From the NCBI GenBank assembly GCA_965262455.1, contig CBDHFH010000008.1:1219911-1283910 (forward strand): a stretch of DNA of 64,000 bases. The letters are read 5' to 3'. The notes beneath the pieces are model-generated. The model saw only the letters and a program-made list of their open reading frames with translations. It was not told where the DNA came from and ran no database searches. A program made the translations under genes and the position numbers. Source of the stretch: Gammaproteobacteria bacterium. Its GTDB lineage: Bacteria > Pseudomonadota > Gammaproteobacteria > UBA4575. Positions 31,754 through 44,542 of this stretch are shown here, in pieces; position 1 is the stretch's first letter, and every line of letters starts with the position of its first letter.

Positions 31754-33829
31754 ATGGATCAAGTATTAAAAATATTAGTCATCGACGAAGATGCCAACCA
31801 TGCAGACAATATCGTCAGAACGATAAAATCTTCTGGCATTGCTGTACGTGACAGCATTGTGTCTTCAATGAAACAGCTCGACGAAATGAAAGATCTTGAG
31901 ATCACCCCTCATATCATTATCCAGTCGACTAATATCGATGACATAAGCATTCAAGATTCACGCGAATTATTTAATGTTGAACAGCATGAGACACCCATCG
32001 TCGCTTTGTGCGATGACATTGCCAACCGACAGGCAGAGTTATTTAATCAAGGGGCGAATATTGTTCTACCCCAAAAAGATTATGATCAACTCAAACTGGT
32101 CACATCGCGTCTGGCACAAACAGAGTTTTATATTCAAGACTTAAAAATCCAGGCAGATAACTACAAAGAACTAGATCAACGTTACAATAAGATACTCGAT
32201 ACTTCACATGATGCTATCTGTTATATTCATGAAGGTTTGCATACCTATGCAAATGCCTCCTACTTAGAGTTATTTGGTATCGAAAGCGCTGACGATGCAA
32301 GTGTGCTGTCTATACTTGAATTGGTATCACCTGACGATCAAGCCAGTCTTAAATCCATCCTCAAAGATGTAAGCAAAAATCGCAGCTCTGGAAACGCACA
32401 ACTTCACTTTAAAGTGAATGATGAATTAACTGAAACAGATATTGAATACAACCCTATTCTTGTCGAAGGTGAAACCTGTGTTCAGATTGTGCTACACACG
32501 CAAACCAATGAATCACGCGAGCTGCAAGAACAATTAAGCTATATCAGCGAAAGAGATCATGGAACCGGCTTCTTCCACCGCAAATCAATTACTGACAAAA
32601 TTCAAGAAGCCATTGAAAGTGCACAGTCGGGTCACGACCCCAGCACTTACATACAAATTGATATTGCAAATATCGATACTATTAAAGATCAATTTGGAGT
32701 TAGCGCGATAGATAAATTAAGCACTCACATTGCAGAAGCAATGAAACAGGCCAGCTCGGATGAAGATACTTTAGGCAAAGTAACAGATGAATCATTTGGC
32801 ATATTAACCAGTCTGAACAAAGAGGGAGACTTGTTAGCACTTGGTGTCCAACTAAGAGCCGCGATAGATAGCTACCCTGTTACCATTAATAATCAAAAAG
32901 TATCTCCAGAGTTGTACCTTGGCGCTGCTATCTTGGATACCAACATTGAAGAAGTGGCTGACGCACTTTCAGCAGCAAAATCTGCATGTGATTATGCGTG
33001 GGAAAATGAAATCGAAGAATTACATATTTTCGAAACCGAATCACGCAGCTTAACAGGCACATTGCTTGATCAGAAATGGACTCAGGAATTGCAAGATGCA
33101 ATTCGTGAAAACCGTTTGCAATTGTTATATCAACCAGTCGTTAGCCTGGCAGGAAATTCAGAAGACCGCTATCAAGTGTATACACAATTGGTTAGCAAGG
33201 AAGGCGCTAAGATATCTGTCGCGGAGCTGTTACCAAGCATTGAGCGATCGGGAGTCTCTGCCATGCTAGATCGCTGGGTTGTCACTACAGCATTACAAAA
33301 ACTCGCTGACCATAGTCAACAATGCCCAAATTCTTTGTTTTTTATCAAGCTGACTACTGGCGCGATAAATGACCAGCAGTTCACTTCTTGGCTAGAAAAG
33401 AAATGCGAAGAAAGCAATGTCGACCCTTTCAGACTAGTGTTTGACTTGCGCGAAGAAAGCATTGTCAGCCATCTTAAAGATGCCAAAGACTTTGCCACCC
33501 GCTTACAACAGATTGGTTGTCAAATTGCTATTGATGCATTTGGCATTAGCCAAGAACCAGGCAAAATTTTAACTATGATTCCAGCGAGCTATTTAAAACT
33601 AAGCTTCCAGTTAATGGCCAGTTTAAAGAATGGCGACAAAGAGAGAATAGAATCAATTAAACAAATTTGCGATCAAGCCAAGGCAAAGAATACGATGACG
33701 ATTGCCCCATTTGTTGAGTCCGCAGAAACCTTGTCACAAATTTGGACAATCAATATCGATTTTGTCAGCGGTGACTTTTTCCGTGAACCGAATGAGAACT
33801 TAGGCTACGACTTCTCAAGTGCAGCATAA
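31754..33829 (+). CDS. fimX: FimX-like c-di-GMP signalling protein: REC-like, PAS, degenerate GGDEF and degenerate EAL domains
   Basis: 691 aa, the same length as Pseudomonas FimX. It has an N-terminal receiver-like segment (ILVIDED...), a PAS region (LDTSHDAICYIHEGLHTYANASYLELFGI), TDESF at the GGDEF position, and an EAL domain with the conserved LYQPVV block but QVY in place of EAL and DAFGIS in place of DDFGTG. Confidence 0.7.
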   Translation: MDQVLKILVIDEDANHADNIVRTIKSSGIAVRDSIVSSMKQLDEMKDLEITPHIIIQSTNIDDISIQDSRELFNVEQHETPIVALCDDIANRQAELFNQGANIVLPQKDYDQLKLVTSRLAQTEFYIQDLKIQADNYKELDQRYNKILDTSHDAICYIHEGLHTYANASYLELFGIESADDASVLSILELVSPDDQASLKSILKDVSKNRSSGNAQLHFKVNDELTETDIEYNPILVEGETCVQIVLHTQTNESRELQEQLSYISERDHGTGFFHRKSITDKIQEAIESAQSGHDPSTYIQIDIANIDTIKDQFGVSAIDKLSTHIAEAMKQASSDEDTLGKVTDESFGILTSLNKEGDLLALGVQLRAAIDSYPVTINNQKVSPELYLGAAILDTNIEEVADALSAAKSACDYAWENEIEELHIFETESRSLTGTLLDQKWTQELQDAIRENRLQLLYQPVVSLAGNSEDRYQVYTQLVSKEGAKISVAELLPSIERSGVSAMLDRWVVTTALQKLADHSQQCPNSLFFIKLTTGAINDQQFTSWLEKKCEESNVDPFRLVFDLREESIVSHLKDAKDFATRLQQIGCQIAIDAFGISQEPGKILTMIPASYLKLSFQLMASLKNGDKERIESIKQICDQAKAKNTMTIAPFVESAETLSQIWTINIDFVSGDFFREPNENLGYDFSSAA

Positions 33830-33904
33830 CATCCAATAGTTTTTGGAGCCGATAAGTAAAAATTTGCTTTAACTAGCAAAGCATCTAATTTACAGACAAA
33901 TGCC

Positions 33905-34789
33905 TTAGCTATTTTCAAGCGCTGAAATACGTTGCTCTAGAGGCGGATGTGACATTAATAATTTTTGCAGACCACCTTTAACATCACCTAAAATACCAAA
34001 TGCAGCTAGTTCACCTGGTAAACTCTGTGGCTCATGAGCAGATTGCAAACGTCGCAATGCTGCAATCATGTTTTGCTTTCCTGCTAATTGCGCGCCTCCG
34101 ACATCAGCACGAAATTCTCTACGACGTGAAAACCATTTAGCGATAATGGCCGCCAGTATTCCCAACACCACTTCGGCCACAATACTACCGATAAAATAGC
34201 CTGGACCGATGCCGCGTTCAATCTTGAATACCGCACGATCGATTAACATTCCAATAATTCGTGAGAATAAAATAACAAAGGTGTTTAATACGCCTTGTAA
34301 TAAACCCATTGTGACCATGTCACCATTGGCGACATGAGCGACTTCATGTCCTAGTACTGCTTCGACCTCATTGGCAGACATCGACTGAAGTAAACCAGTG
34401 CTAACAGCAACCAGGGCATCATTTTTTTTCATCCCGGTAGCGAAGGCATTCGGCTGCGGCGAATCGAACACTCCCACTTCTGGCATACCGATCCCTGCTT
34501 GCTCAGCCTGTTGGCGAACCGTGTCGACCAACCACCGCTCTGTATCATTACTGGGTGATTCAATCACTCTAACACCCATGCTTTTTTTAGCCATCCATTT
34601 GGAAATGGCAAGCGAGACAAACGAGCCACCAAAACCAAATAATAAAGCCATAACAAGCAACCCATTTATCTGGCCAGCCATGCCCTGTTCAGCAAGCCAT
34701 GCATCAATACCTAATAATCTTGATGAGATACTGAGGACGGCTAATACACCAAAATTTGCTGCTAAAAATAAACTTATTCTTGAAAACAT
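33905..34789 (-). CDS. htpX: Protease HtpX (M48 zinc metalloprotease)
   Basis: 294 aa with N-terminal TM helices and HEVAHVANGD (HExxH). Confidence 0.9.
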   Translation of the reverse strand: MFSRISLFLAANFGVLAVLSISSRLLGIDAWLAEQGMAGQINGLLVMALLFGFGGSFVSLAISKWMAKKSMGVRVIESPSNDTERWLVDTVRQQAEQAGIGMPEVGVFDSPQPNAFATGMKKNDALVAVSTGLLQSMSANEVEAVLGHEVAHVANGDMVTMGLLQGVLNTFVILFSRIIGMLIDRAVFKIERGIGPGYFIGSIVAEVVLGILAAIIAKWFSRRREFRADVGGAQLAGKQNMIAALRRLQSAHEPQSLPGELAAFGILGDVKGGLQKLLMSHPPLEQRISALENS

Positions 34790-34929
34790 TGTGACCTCTT
34801 AATGACGACGATACGAAACTGGCAAACAAATGATCTTATAATATTGTGTCACTATTAAGACAAATCAATACCAAATAGTTCTTTAGATAGTGCTTAATAA
34901 GCATAACAATAATGCCAAGCTTCCCAAGG

Positions 34930-37191
34930 TTACTCGTTATTGAAATCGACAATAATGCGATCCACTGCACGATAGCCGCGCGGTAATTTTAAACCACGGC
35001 GGCCACGCTCACCCACATACTCATCGACCTCATGCCCTTTCATGGTTTTATGTTTCTTACCGCAATATAAGGTAATTGCCTCTCCATCTTGCACGAGATG
35101 CACATGGCTAACCCTCTCTTCCCCCGCTTTAAGTTTAGCGGATGGAATGTTTATAAATTTAATCCCTTTACCTTTAGACATAACAGGAAACTCAGATAAT
35201 TCTGTCACCAGCATGTAACCCTCCGAGCCAACAGCGACTATCCAGTCGTCTTCATGAGAACGCACTCTAACTGGCGGCAATACGTTTGCCTCCTGAGCAA
35301 CATTCAGCACACGCTTGCCCGCTTTATTCCGTGAGTATAGATCTTCTAGTTTACAAACAAAGCCGTAGCCAAAGCTTGTGGCAAGAAAATATAAACTGTC
35401 GGGTTCACCCATCATCACACCCACAAAACTTGCGCCATCCGAAGGATTAAAGCGTGCTGTTAATGACTCGCCCTGACCGCGCGCAGAAGGCAGGCTATGC
35501 GCAGGCAAGCTATAAGCTTTACCTTGCGAATCTAGAAACACTGCCATTTGATTACTCTTACCAAATTCATGTGACTGGTATTGATCACCCGACTTGTAAT
35601 TCATGCTTAGCGGATCGACATCGTGCCCTTTAGCAGCACGCGCCCAACCACGTTGAGATAAGATCACTGTAGTAAGCTCTGCTGGCATCAACTGCGTCTC
35701 ATCTAATTGTTGCGCTACCGGTCTGTTGACAATGCTTGCTCGGCGCTCATCACCATAAATCTCGGCGTCTTCAAGCAACTCGGTGCGAATCAGTTTTTTC
35801 AGTCGTGCTTTCGATTTAAGTGTTTTCTCTAGAGTATCTCGTTCCTCTGTTAGCTCTTTACTTTCAGCCTTAATTTTTATTTCTTCTAGCTTAGCTAAGC
35901 GACGTAATTTAATTTCGAGTATAGCCTCAGCCTGGATATCACTGAGTTTAAAGCGCTTCATCATGACTGACTTAGGCTCATCTTCCTCACGAATGATGGC
36001 AATGATCTCATCAATGTTTAAATACGCGATGAGTAACCCAGCTAAAATATGCAAACGCTCATTGACGCGATCCAAGCGCCACTGCAAACGACGCGTAACA
36101 GTGATTTTTCTAAACTCTAGCCATTCATTTAACAGTGTCTTTAAATCTTTAACCTGCGGCCGGCCATTGATTCCGATCACATTCAGATTAATGCGATAGG
36201 TTTTTTCCAGATCAGTAGTGGCAAACAAGTGCAACATAAGTGCTTCAATGTCGACTCGATTACTTCTCGGTACAATAACCAGGCGCACAGGATTTTCGTG
36301 ATCGGACTCATCACGCAAATCTTCTACCATGGGTAGCTTTTTAGCATTCATTTGCTGTGCAATTTGCTCAAGTATTTTGGAGCCGGACACTTGATATGGC
36401 AGCGCACTGACAACAATGCCATCCGTTTCTTTTTCATATACGGCGCGCATACGCACTTGACCCGTGCCCGTTTGGTAGATTGCTAGAATATCTTCGGGAT
36501 CAGAAATAATTTCTGCATCAGTAGGATAGTCGGGGCCTAATACATGCTCACACAATTCACTTAAGCTTGTGTTTGGTGCATCCAGCAAGCGCACACAGGC
36601 AGAGACTACTTCTTTAATATTATGCGGCGGAATATCTGTCGACATGCCAACAGCGATACCCATGCCGCCATTGAGAAGAATGTTCGGCAATCGCGCTGGC
36701 AGTACTGATGGCTCTCGTAACGTTCCATCAAAATTTGCCACCCAATCGACTGTGCCCTGACCAAGCTCTTGCAGTAACGCTTTAGCGAAAGGCGTTAATT
36801 TTGACTCGGTATAACGCATGGCAGCAAACGATTTAGGATCATCTGTTGACCCCCAGTTACCCTGGCCATGCACTAACGGATAGCGATAGGAAAAGGGTTG
36901 CGCCATTAACACCATCGCTTCATAACATGCAGAATCTCCATGGGGATGAAATTTACCAATAACATCACCAACTGTGCGCGCAGATTTTTTTGGCTTAGAC
37001 GTCGCGGATAAACCCAACTCAGACATCGCATACACTATGCGGCGCTGCACAGGCTTGAGGCCGTCACCAATTTGCGGCAATGCACGATCTAGAATGACAT
37101 ACATTGAATAATCAAGGTAAGCCTTCTCTGAAAAACGATGCAGAGGCACACGCTCTACATCACCATAATCAAATTCCAAATTATCACTCAT
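34930..37191 (-). CDS. parC: DNA topoisomerase IV subunit A
   Basis: 753 aa, GyrA/ParC family with the active-site Tyr region (AAMRYTE). It is paired with parE upstream, and its length fits ParC rather than GyrA. Confidence 0.9.
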   Translation of the reverse strand: MSDNLEFDYGDVERVPLHRFSEKAYLDYSMYVILDRALPQIGDGLKPVQRRIVYAMSELGLSATSKPKKSARTVGDVIGKFHPHGDSACYEAMVLMAQPFSYRYPLVHGQGNWGSTDDPKSFAAMRYTESKLTPFAKALLQELGQGTVDWVANFDGTLREPSVLPARLPNILLNGGMGIAVGMSTDIPPHNIKEVVSACVRLLDAPNTSLSELCEHVLGPDYPTDAEIISDPEDILAIYQTGTGQVRMRAVYEKETDGIVVSALPYQVSGSKILEQIAQQMNAKKLPMVEDLRDESDHENPVRLVIVPRSNRVDIEALMLHLFATTDLEKTYRINLNVIGINGRPQVKDLKTLLNEWLEFRKITVTRRLQWRLDRVNERLHILAGLLIAYLNIDEIIAIIREEDEPKSVMMKRFKLSDIQAEAILEIKLRRLAKLEEIKIKAESKELTEERDTLEKTLKSKARLKKLIRTELLEDAEIYGDERRASIVNRPVAQQLDETQLMPAELTTVILSQRGWARAAKGHDVDPLSMNYKSGDQYQSHEFGKSNQMAVFLDSQGKAYSLPAHSLPSARGQGESLTARFNPSDGASFVGVMMGEPDSLYFLATSFGYGFVCKLEDLYSRNKAGKRVLNVAQEANVLPPVRVRSHEDDWIVAVGSEGYMLVTELSEFPVMSKGKGIKFINIPSAKLKAGEERVSHVHLVQDGEAITLYCGKKHKTMKGHEVDEYVGERGRRGLKLPRGYRAVDRIIVDFNNE

Positions 37192-37205
37192 GACTTAACC
37201 ATTAT

Positions 37206-39101
<1,896 letters not shown>

Positions 39102-39191
39102 TCAACAGAGGATAAATGTTAGTGCTGTAAGAACGTAGCAAGCATGCATTCTATATTAAACATTCACAGAGCAAAAATCTCTTGATAAAAC

Positions 39192-42100
39192 ATGTCTAAC
39201 ATCAAGCAATCTACACACCCTCTTAAGAGCGCAAATGTTTTTGCATCCGCTGGCTCCGGGAAAACATGGTTACTAATTACCCGTATTTGTCGCTTACTAT
39301 TAAACGGCGCAGACCCCCAGCAAATACTTGCAATCACTTTTACACGAAAAAGCGCGGCTGAAATGCGCGCAAGATTGAATGCAACACTTTCATCATGGGC
39401 TGTGATTGATGACGCCGCACTTATCAATGAACTGCAAGTTATCGGTGAACAACCTAGCGCAGAAAAACTCAGCCTTGCACGTGGTCTATACGAGAAACTG
39501 ATATTTGCAACACAGTCGATTCGTATAAGCACATTTCATGCATTTTGCGAGGAAGTGATTCGCGCCTTCCCACTCGAGAGCGAACTGCCCAGCTCTTTTG
39601 AGCTCACCGACCACGAGCATATGTATGTTGGACATGCCTGGCAAAAGTTATTGGCTAAATGTGATCGGTCACGTCATAGCAAGTTAGCTGATGCGTTACA
39701 AACACTATTTGAATTCTGCTATGGTTTAAATGGCACAAAAACAGCGTTGATGAGTTTCTTATATGCACGTACTGAATGGCGCGCGTTTACATTCAATTCA
39801 CAACAAGCGGCAGTGCATGCCTACGATAAACTCATTGATACATTCGGCGCACAAAGCAAAATAGATATTAATGAATGGCTCAATTCAGCTAGCAATAAAG
39901 AAAAACTCAACCAATATTGTCAAATCCTCAGCACCAGCCCAACAAAAACCTATCAAACGTGGGCAGAGAAAATCACGTCTACGTTATCAGCGGATTACTT
40001 GCCTGGGGAGACACGAATTCAGCAACTGGCTAATGTATTACTCACCAGTGAGAACAATCCCCGATACCTCACTATCAGTAAAGCCTGGCATAAGATAATA
40101 AGTGCAGAACAAGCAGAAATCCTACCACAACACCATGCGTATCTTTGTCAGGAAATATTGCGCATTTTAGATGCGCAAGTGCATATTAAATTAGTTAACG
40201 CCAATCAGGCATGGTTTTATGTTGGCCATGAATTTGTAAAGTTATACCAACAGTGCAAATTTGAACGCGGCGTTATTGACTTCAGCGACCTTGAATGGGA
40301 AACCTATCGACTGTTAGGGCATGAAGATCATGCACTATGGGTACAGTATAAATTAGGCCAACGCATAAAACATTTCTTAGTTGATGAATTCCAGGACACC
40401 AGCCCCATTCAATGGCATCTGCTCAAACCGCTTATTGAAACCTCTAATGATCTTAGCAGTACTGAGCAGAATAGTTTATTTTTAGTCGGTGATATCAAAC
40501 AATCAATATATCGCTTCCGTGGTGCAAACCCTGAAATACAAACCTTAGCGGCGCAATGGTCAGAACAAGCAATGAACAGTTTACAACTAACCAATGATCA
40601 TTCCTGGCGCTCATCACCGGCAATTATTGAAACTGTAAACAACATCTTTAGCCATTCCAATACACTTAACTCTGCCACTGAATTTAATCGTCATAGTTAC
40701 GAACATACGCATAGATGGGGATATGTTGAAATACACCCACTGATAGCACCAGCAGCTAACATCGACCATGAGGATTTTCGTAATCCGTTAACAACGCCTC
40801 GGGAAAATAACCAGTACAGCACCCATTTTCATGAAGGTGAATTGATTGCAAAACGCATACATCAGCTAATCTCAGATAAAACGGCTATTTATGATGGTGA
40901 TTTAATTCGCCGCGCACAATTCAACGATATCCTTATTCTCACCCGTACACGTGCACATCTAGTTGAATTAAAAAAAGGATTAAACACTTGTGGCGTCGCA
41001 TTTAATAGTAAAGACAGTATAAAACTATTAGATTTCCTCGAAACACAAGATATTATCGCTTTACTCACTTGCTTAACTGATCCATACAATGACTTAGCCC
41101 TAACTCATGTGTTGCGCAGCCCAATTTTTAATATTGATAATGAAACCTTAATTCAACTGCAAACCATTGAGGCAGATTCATGGAGAGAAAAATTAGATAT
41201 TGCTATCCAACTTAACAACATGCAGCAAGCACTTAATATCGCAAATGACAAACTTCTGAAATGGAAGAACTTGGCGGATACAATACCAGTGCATGATATT
41301 CTCAACTTCATCTATTCAGACGGGAATATTCTGGATCGCTATCGAGCCGCACTACCATCAACTGAAGCCGACCATGCATGTGAGCGTTTAAGACAACTTT
41401 TACATCAAAGTTTAGCCGTCGATAGCGGACGTTATTCAAGTATCTCGCGCTTTATTCGAAAATTAAAAGAACTCAACCCAGACATATTAAATTCAGGGAC
41501 AGACACTGATGTTAATGCTGTAAACATAATGACTGTGCACGGCGCCAAAGGATTAGAAGCACCCATTGTGTTCATTGCAGACAGCGGCCCTGCAAGTGAA
41601 CCAGCCGAACAATTTAAAGCATTAACCCATTGGCCAGCCCACTCTCATACTCCCGATACATTTATGCTCACCTGCAAAACTAGCTTGATGAGTAGTGCGG
41701 CCAGCAAATATAAAGAAGAAATTAATGCCAGCAACAATGAGGCTTTAAACCTACTTTATGTAGCTCTTACACGGGCAAAACAAATACTCATTATGACGGG
41801 TGTGCAGGCGCGAAAATCGACTCATCAAGGCTGGCATTCTCAATGTTGTGAGGCATTAGAAGTCGATTTCAAACAAGCAGATGTATGGCGTTATGAACAC
41901 TCAAATGCCCCTGATCTATCGCCAGTTATTGAAGAACCCAGCGTCGTCGATATCTCTACAATCAGCCACACATTGTTTGAGCCCCTGCAATACACTATGC
42001 ATCAAATTGAAAACGACCAATCATCTGCGCAGGCATTAGAAGGTATTGCAATTCATAAGTTACTGGAGATTCTGTCACAGCAACCAGATATTGAAGATGC

Positions 42101-42509
42101 AGCACTTCTCAATCGAGTCAACAATGAAACACGTCTCAATCTAACGTCGGAAACATTCAGCATTTTCAAACAAGAAGCCAGCAATTGTCTCAACTCACCT
42201 GCTTTGAAAAAAATATTTTTCCCTGCAAATACCACGAGGATATTTCACGAAGTGAGCGTAACTAACACAAGCAAGTCAAATGAGGTGAATGTTATTGACC
42301 ATATGTTGATAGACGACACGGGTATTTGGATTATCGATTACAAAACCCATAAAGAGGTGACGATAGACACTGCAAATCAACAAGCATTAACACATAAAAT
42401 GCAATTACAGAGATATAAAGATGCGATCCAACCAATATTTAAAACACTACCGATACGCTGTTCGGTAGTGTTTACAAAAATAGCCTGTGTGGTTGATGTG
42501 CCGTGTTAG
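39192..42509 (+). CDS. AddA/RecB-type ATP-dependent helicase-nuclease: a UvrD-family SF1 helicase with a C-terminal RecB-family PD-(D/E)XK nuclease
   Basis: 1105 aa. The Walker A motif is SAGSGKTWLL. The UvrD motifs FLVDEFQDTSP and IYRFRGAN are present. The C-terminal nuclease motifs are IDDTGIWIIDYKT and QLQRYK (RecB-type DYK and QxxxY). No AddB-like or RecC/RecD partner is adjacent. Confidence 0.8.
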   Translation: MSNIKQSTHPLKSANVFASAGSGKTWLLITRICRLLLNGADPQQILAITFTRKSAAEMRARLNATLSSWAVIDDAALINELQVIGEQPSAEKLSLARGLYEKLIFATQSIRISTFHAFCEEVIRAFPLESELPSSFELTDHEHMYVGHAWQKLLAKCDRSRHSKLADALQTLFEFCYGLNGTKTALMSFLYARTEWRAFTFNSQQAAVHAYDKLIDTFGAQSKIDINEWLNSASNKEKLNQYCQILSTSPTKTYQTWAEKITSTLSADYLPGETRIQQLANVLLTSENNPRYLTISKAWHKIISAEQAEILPQHHAYLCQEILRILDAQVHIKLVNANQAWFYVGHEFVKLYQQCKFERGVIDFSDLEWETYRLLGHEDHALWVQYKLGQRIKHFLVDEFQDTSPIQWHLLKPLIETSNDLSSTEQNSLFLVGDIKQSIYRFRGANPEIQTLAAQWSEQAMNSLQLTNDHSWRSSPAIIETVNNIFSHSNTLNSATEFNRHSYEHTHRWGYVEIHPLIAPAANIDHEDFRNPLTTPRENNQYSTHFHEGELIAKRIHQLISDKTAIYDGDLIRRAQFNDILILTRTRAHLVELKKGLNTCGVAFNSKDSIKLLDFLETQDIIALLTCLTDPYNDLALTHVLRSPIFNIDNETLIQLQTIEADSWREKLDIAIQLNNMQQALNIANDKLLKWKNLADTIPVHDILNFIYSDGNILDRYRAALPSTEADHACERLRQLLHQSLAVDSGRYSSISRFIRKLKELNPDILNSGTDTDVNAVNIMTVHGAKGLEAPIVFIADSGPASEPAEQFKALTHWPAHSHTPDTFMLTCKTSLMSSAASKYKEEINASNNEALNLLYVALTRAKQILIMTGVQARKSTHQGWHSQCCEALEVDFKQADVWRYEHSNAPDLSPVIEEPSVVDISTISHTLFEPLQYTMHQIENDQSSAQALEGIAIHKLLEILSQQPDIEDAALLNRVNNETRLNLTSETFSIFKQEASNCLNSPALKKIFFPANTTRIFHEVSVTNTSKSNEVNVIDHMLIDDTGIWIIDYKTHKEVTIDTANQQALTHKMQLQRYKDAIQPIFKTLPIRCSVVFTKIACVVDVPC

Positions 42510-42561
42510 ATTATAGAATTAGACAATGACGCATGATTTTTCATGATGATATCAGGCGTTA

Positions 42562-43287
42562 TTATTTAGCGAGCTCGTCCAATCGTTGTGCCAGTTGCGG
42601 AGCAGGCAAGTATCCAGGCATTAAGTCACCGTCTGAGGTTAAGATTGCCGGCGTTCCAGACACCCCTACTTGTTGACCAATCTCAAAATGTTCAGCGACC
42701 GGGTTATCACAGCTTTGCGCAGCTAACTGCTCGCCATTCTTTGCCCGCGTTAACGCATCTGCACGATCATCACTGCACCAAACAGCAACTGATTTGTTAT
42801 AGCTGGCGGTTTGCAAGCCATTTCTTGGAAACAATAGATAATTAACCTTGATGCCATAACTTGCATACTGATCCATTTCATTATGTAGCTTGCGACAATA
42901 GCCGCAGTCTATATCAGTAAATATGGTGACGGTATGTTTGGGTTTTTCGGCACCAAAACTAATTGATTGTTGTTCATTTACTTTAACCATGAAATTTTTT
43001 CGCGCACGACTTGCTGCTGCTTCAGTAATGTCTTTTTTGCCATCATCTAAATCCATCACAGCGCCTTGAATCAGATATCTAGCATCTTCAGTTACATAGA
43101 TAACTTTAGTGCCATAAACAGCTTCATAGATTCCATCAATTGGCGATTTCGTTACACTGTCAGGGGTATGCGTTGGAAAAGATTCAACTAACTTAGCTTT
43201 AATTATGTCTGCTTTTTTATCCGAGGCCGCATGCGCAGCAAGCGCGACAAGACTGGCTGTCACAAGCACAGTAATCCATTTGAACAT
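42562..43287 (-). CDS. dsbC: Thiol:disulfide interchange protein DsbC (periplasmic disulfide isomerase)
   Basis: 241 aa with a signal peptide, a dimerisation domain and a thioredoxin fold with CGYC. Confidence 0.85.
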   Translation of the reverse strand: MFKWITVLVTASLVALAAHAASDKKADIIKAKLVESFPTHTPDSVTKSPIDGIYEAVYGTKVIYVTEDARYLIQGAVMDLDDGKKDITEAAASRARKNFMVKVNEQQSISFGAEKPKHTVTIFTDIDCGYCRKLHNEMDQYASYGIKVNYLLFPRNGLQTASYNKSVAVWCSDDRADALTRAKNGEQLAAQSCDNPVAEHFEIGQQVGVSGTPAILTSDGDLMPGYLPAPQLAQRLDELAK

Positions 43288-43377
43288 GGTTTTTCCTTAT
43301 AAAATTTAGGTAAAATAACAAGTATCAGGTGGTTAGACCGGGTTTCTTGGAAAAGTTTTTCAAATATAACTTAATTA

Positions 43378-44340
43378 TCATCCCCGAGGATGATGTTCCC
43401 GATGTAACTCCTGTAAACGTGCTTGGGCGATATGCGTGTAGACTTGGGTAGTAGATAAATCACTATGTCCGAGTAACATTTGCACCACTCTCAAGTCTGC
43501 ACCATGATTGAGTAAATGCGTTGCAAATGCATGTCTTAAAGTATGCGGACTCAGGTTTTTTTCAATGCCAACTGTCTTCGCATGGCGCTTAATGACATGC
43601 CAAAAAGCTTGTCGGGTCATGCCCAAACCACGATTGGATACGAATATTACACTGCAATCATGACATTCTTTTAACAAACACGGCCTGGCCTCTGAAAAAT
43701 ACTTATCCAGCCATTCTCCAGCCTGCTCGCCGAAAGGGACAAGTCTCTCTTTGTTTCCCTTGCCTATTATTCTTATCACGCCAGTACGCAGATTTATTTG
43801 ATGGAGTTGCAGGTGTATCAACTCAGACACACGCAACCCACACGCATACAACACCTCTAACATGGTTCGATCACGAATACCTTGGGGCTTGCTAATATCG
43901 GGTGCCGCCAACAGCAACTCAACATCATCTTCAGTCAATACTTCCGGCAAATGACGACCAAGTTTAGGAAATTCAATTCTTTCTGACGGATCTGAGTCGA
44001 CATGGCCCAAACGTAATTGATAACGGTAAAAGCGGCGAATACTGGACAATAATCTTGCCCCAGAGCGAGGCTGCATACCCTCTTCCACTCTGTAAGCTAA
44101 ATATTCCAACAAGTGTTCGTGCTTAACTTCAGACATAGAAACATGCAACTTAGATAACCAGCGCAACAAATTAAATAAATCATTTCTGTATGCACTGAGC
44201 GTATTGTCACTCAAGCCATGTTCCATCCAAATATTATCAAGAAACATCTCGATAATATGACTGTCAGTATCGATCAATTGATCAACCGGGTTAGTCGCCA
44301 TGAGTAAATGATTGATGTTTAATGAGCCGAGTAAACTCAA
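43378..44340 (-). CDS. xerD: Site-specific tyrosine recombinase XerD
   Basis: 320-aa ORF. Its C-terminus HTLRHAFATHLLNHGADLRVVQMLLGHSDLSTTQVYTH is the canonical XerD catalytic RHRY region. The xerD-dsbC neighbourhood is conserved. The true start may be the internal Met (MATNPV). Confidence 0.9.
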   Translation of the reverse strand: MSLLGSLNINHLLMATNPVDQLIDTDSHIIEMFLDNIWMEHGLSDNTLSAYRNDLFNLLRWLSKLHVSMSEVKHEHLLEYLAYRVEEGMQPRSGARLLSSIRRFYRYQLRLGHVDSDPSERIEFPKLGRHLPEVLTEDDVELLLAAPDISKPQGIRDRTMLEVLYACGLRVSELIHLQLHQINLRTGVIRIIGKGNKERLVPFGEQAGEWLDKYFSEARPCLLKECHDCSVIFVSNRGLGMTRQAFWHVIKRHAKTVGIEKNLSPHTLRHAFATHLLNHGADLRVVQMLLGHSDLSTTQVYTHIAQARLQELHREHHPRG

Positions 44341-44542
44341 GTTTACTTAGTGAAAGCAAGCCTATTACTTGCGCTGAGTTGAAAAAGTTTATAGCACCAA
44401 AATTAGTCATATACACTTTTTTTCAATAACATATTATACAGTTTAAATGTTTTTAATGCTTTTATCATCTTTTTATGAATTTTAATCTTGCAGCATCATT
44501 TATCAAACTTTCTTACCAATTAACTCAAACTTAACTATCAAT

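Noticed and set aside
33850-33872. tgcttt-aactagc-aaagca hairpin between the convergent FimX-like and htpX genes
   Set aside because: It is short and AT-rich and is not followed by a clear T-tract on either strand. It could still be a weak bidirectional terminator, but I did not list it as a feature.
35783-36199. 138-aa ORF antisense to parC
   Set aside because: Shadow ORF within a conserved gene.
39164-39532. 122-aa minus-strand ORF overlapping the start of the AddA-like gene
   Set aside because: It is antisense to the conserved Walker A region of the helicase and has no signal of its own.
42510-42561. tcatga-tttt-tcatga palindrome between the convergent AddA-like and dsbC genes, as a possible bidirectional terminator
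   Set aside because: The stem is only 6 bp and entirely A/T-rich with weak flanking U-tracts. It is too weak to call a feature.
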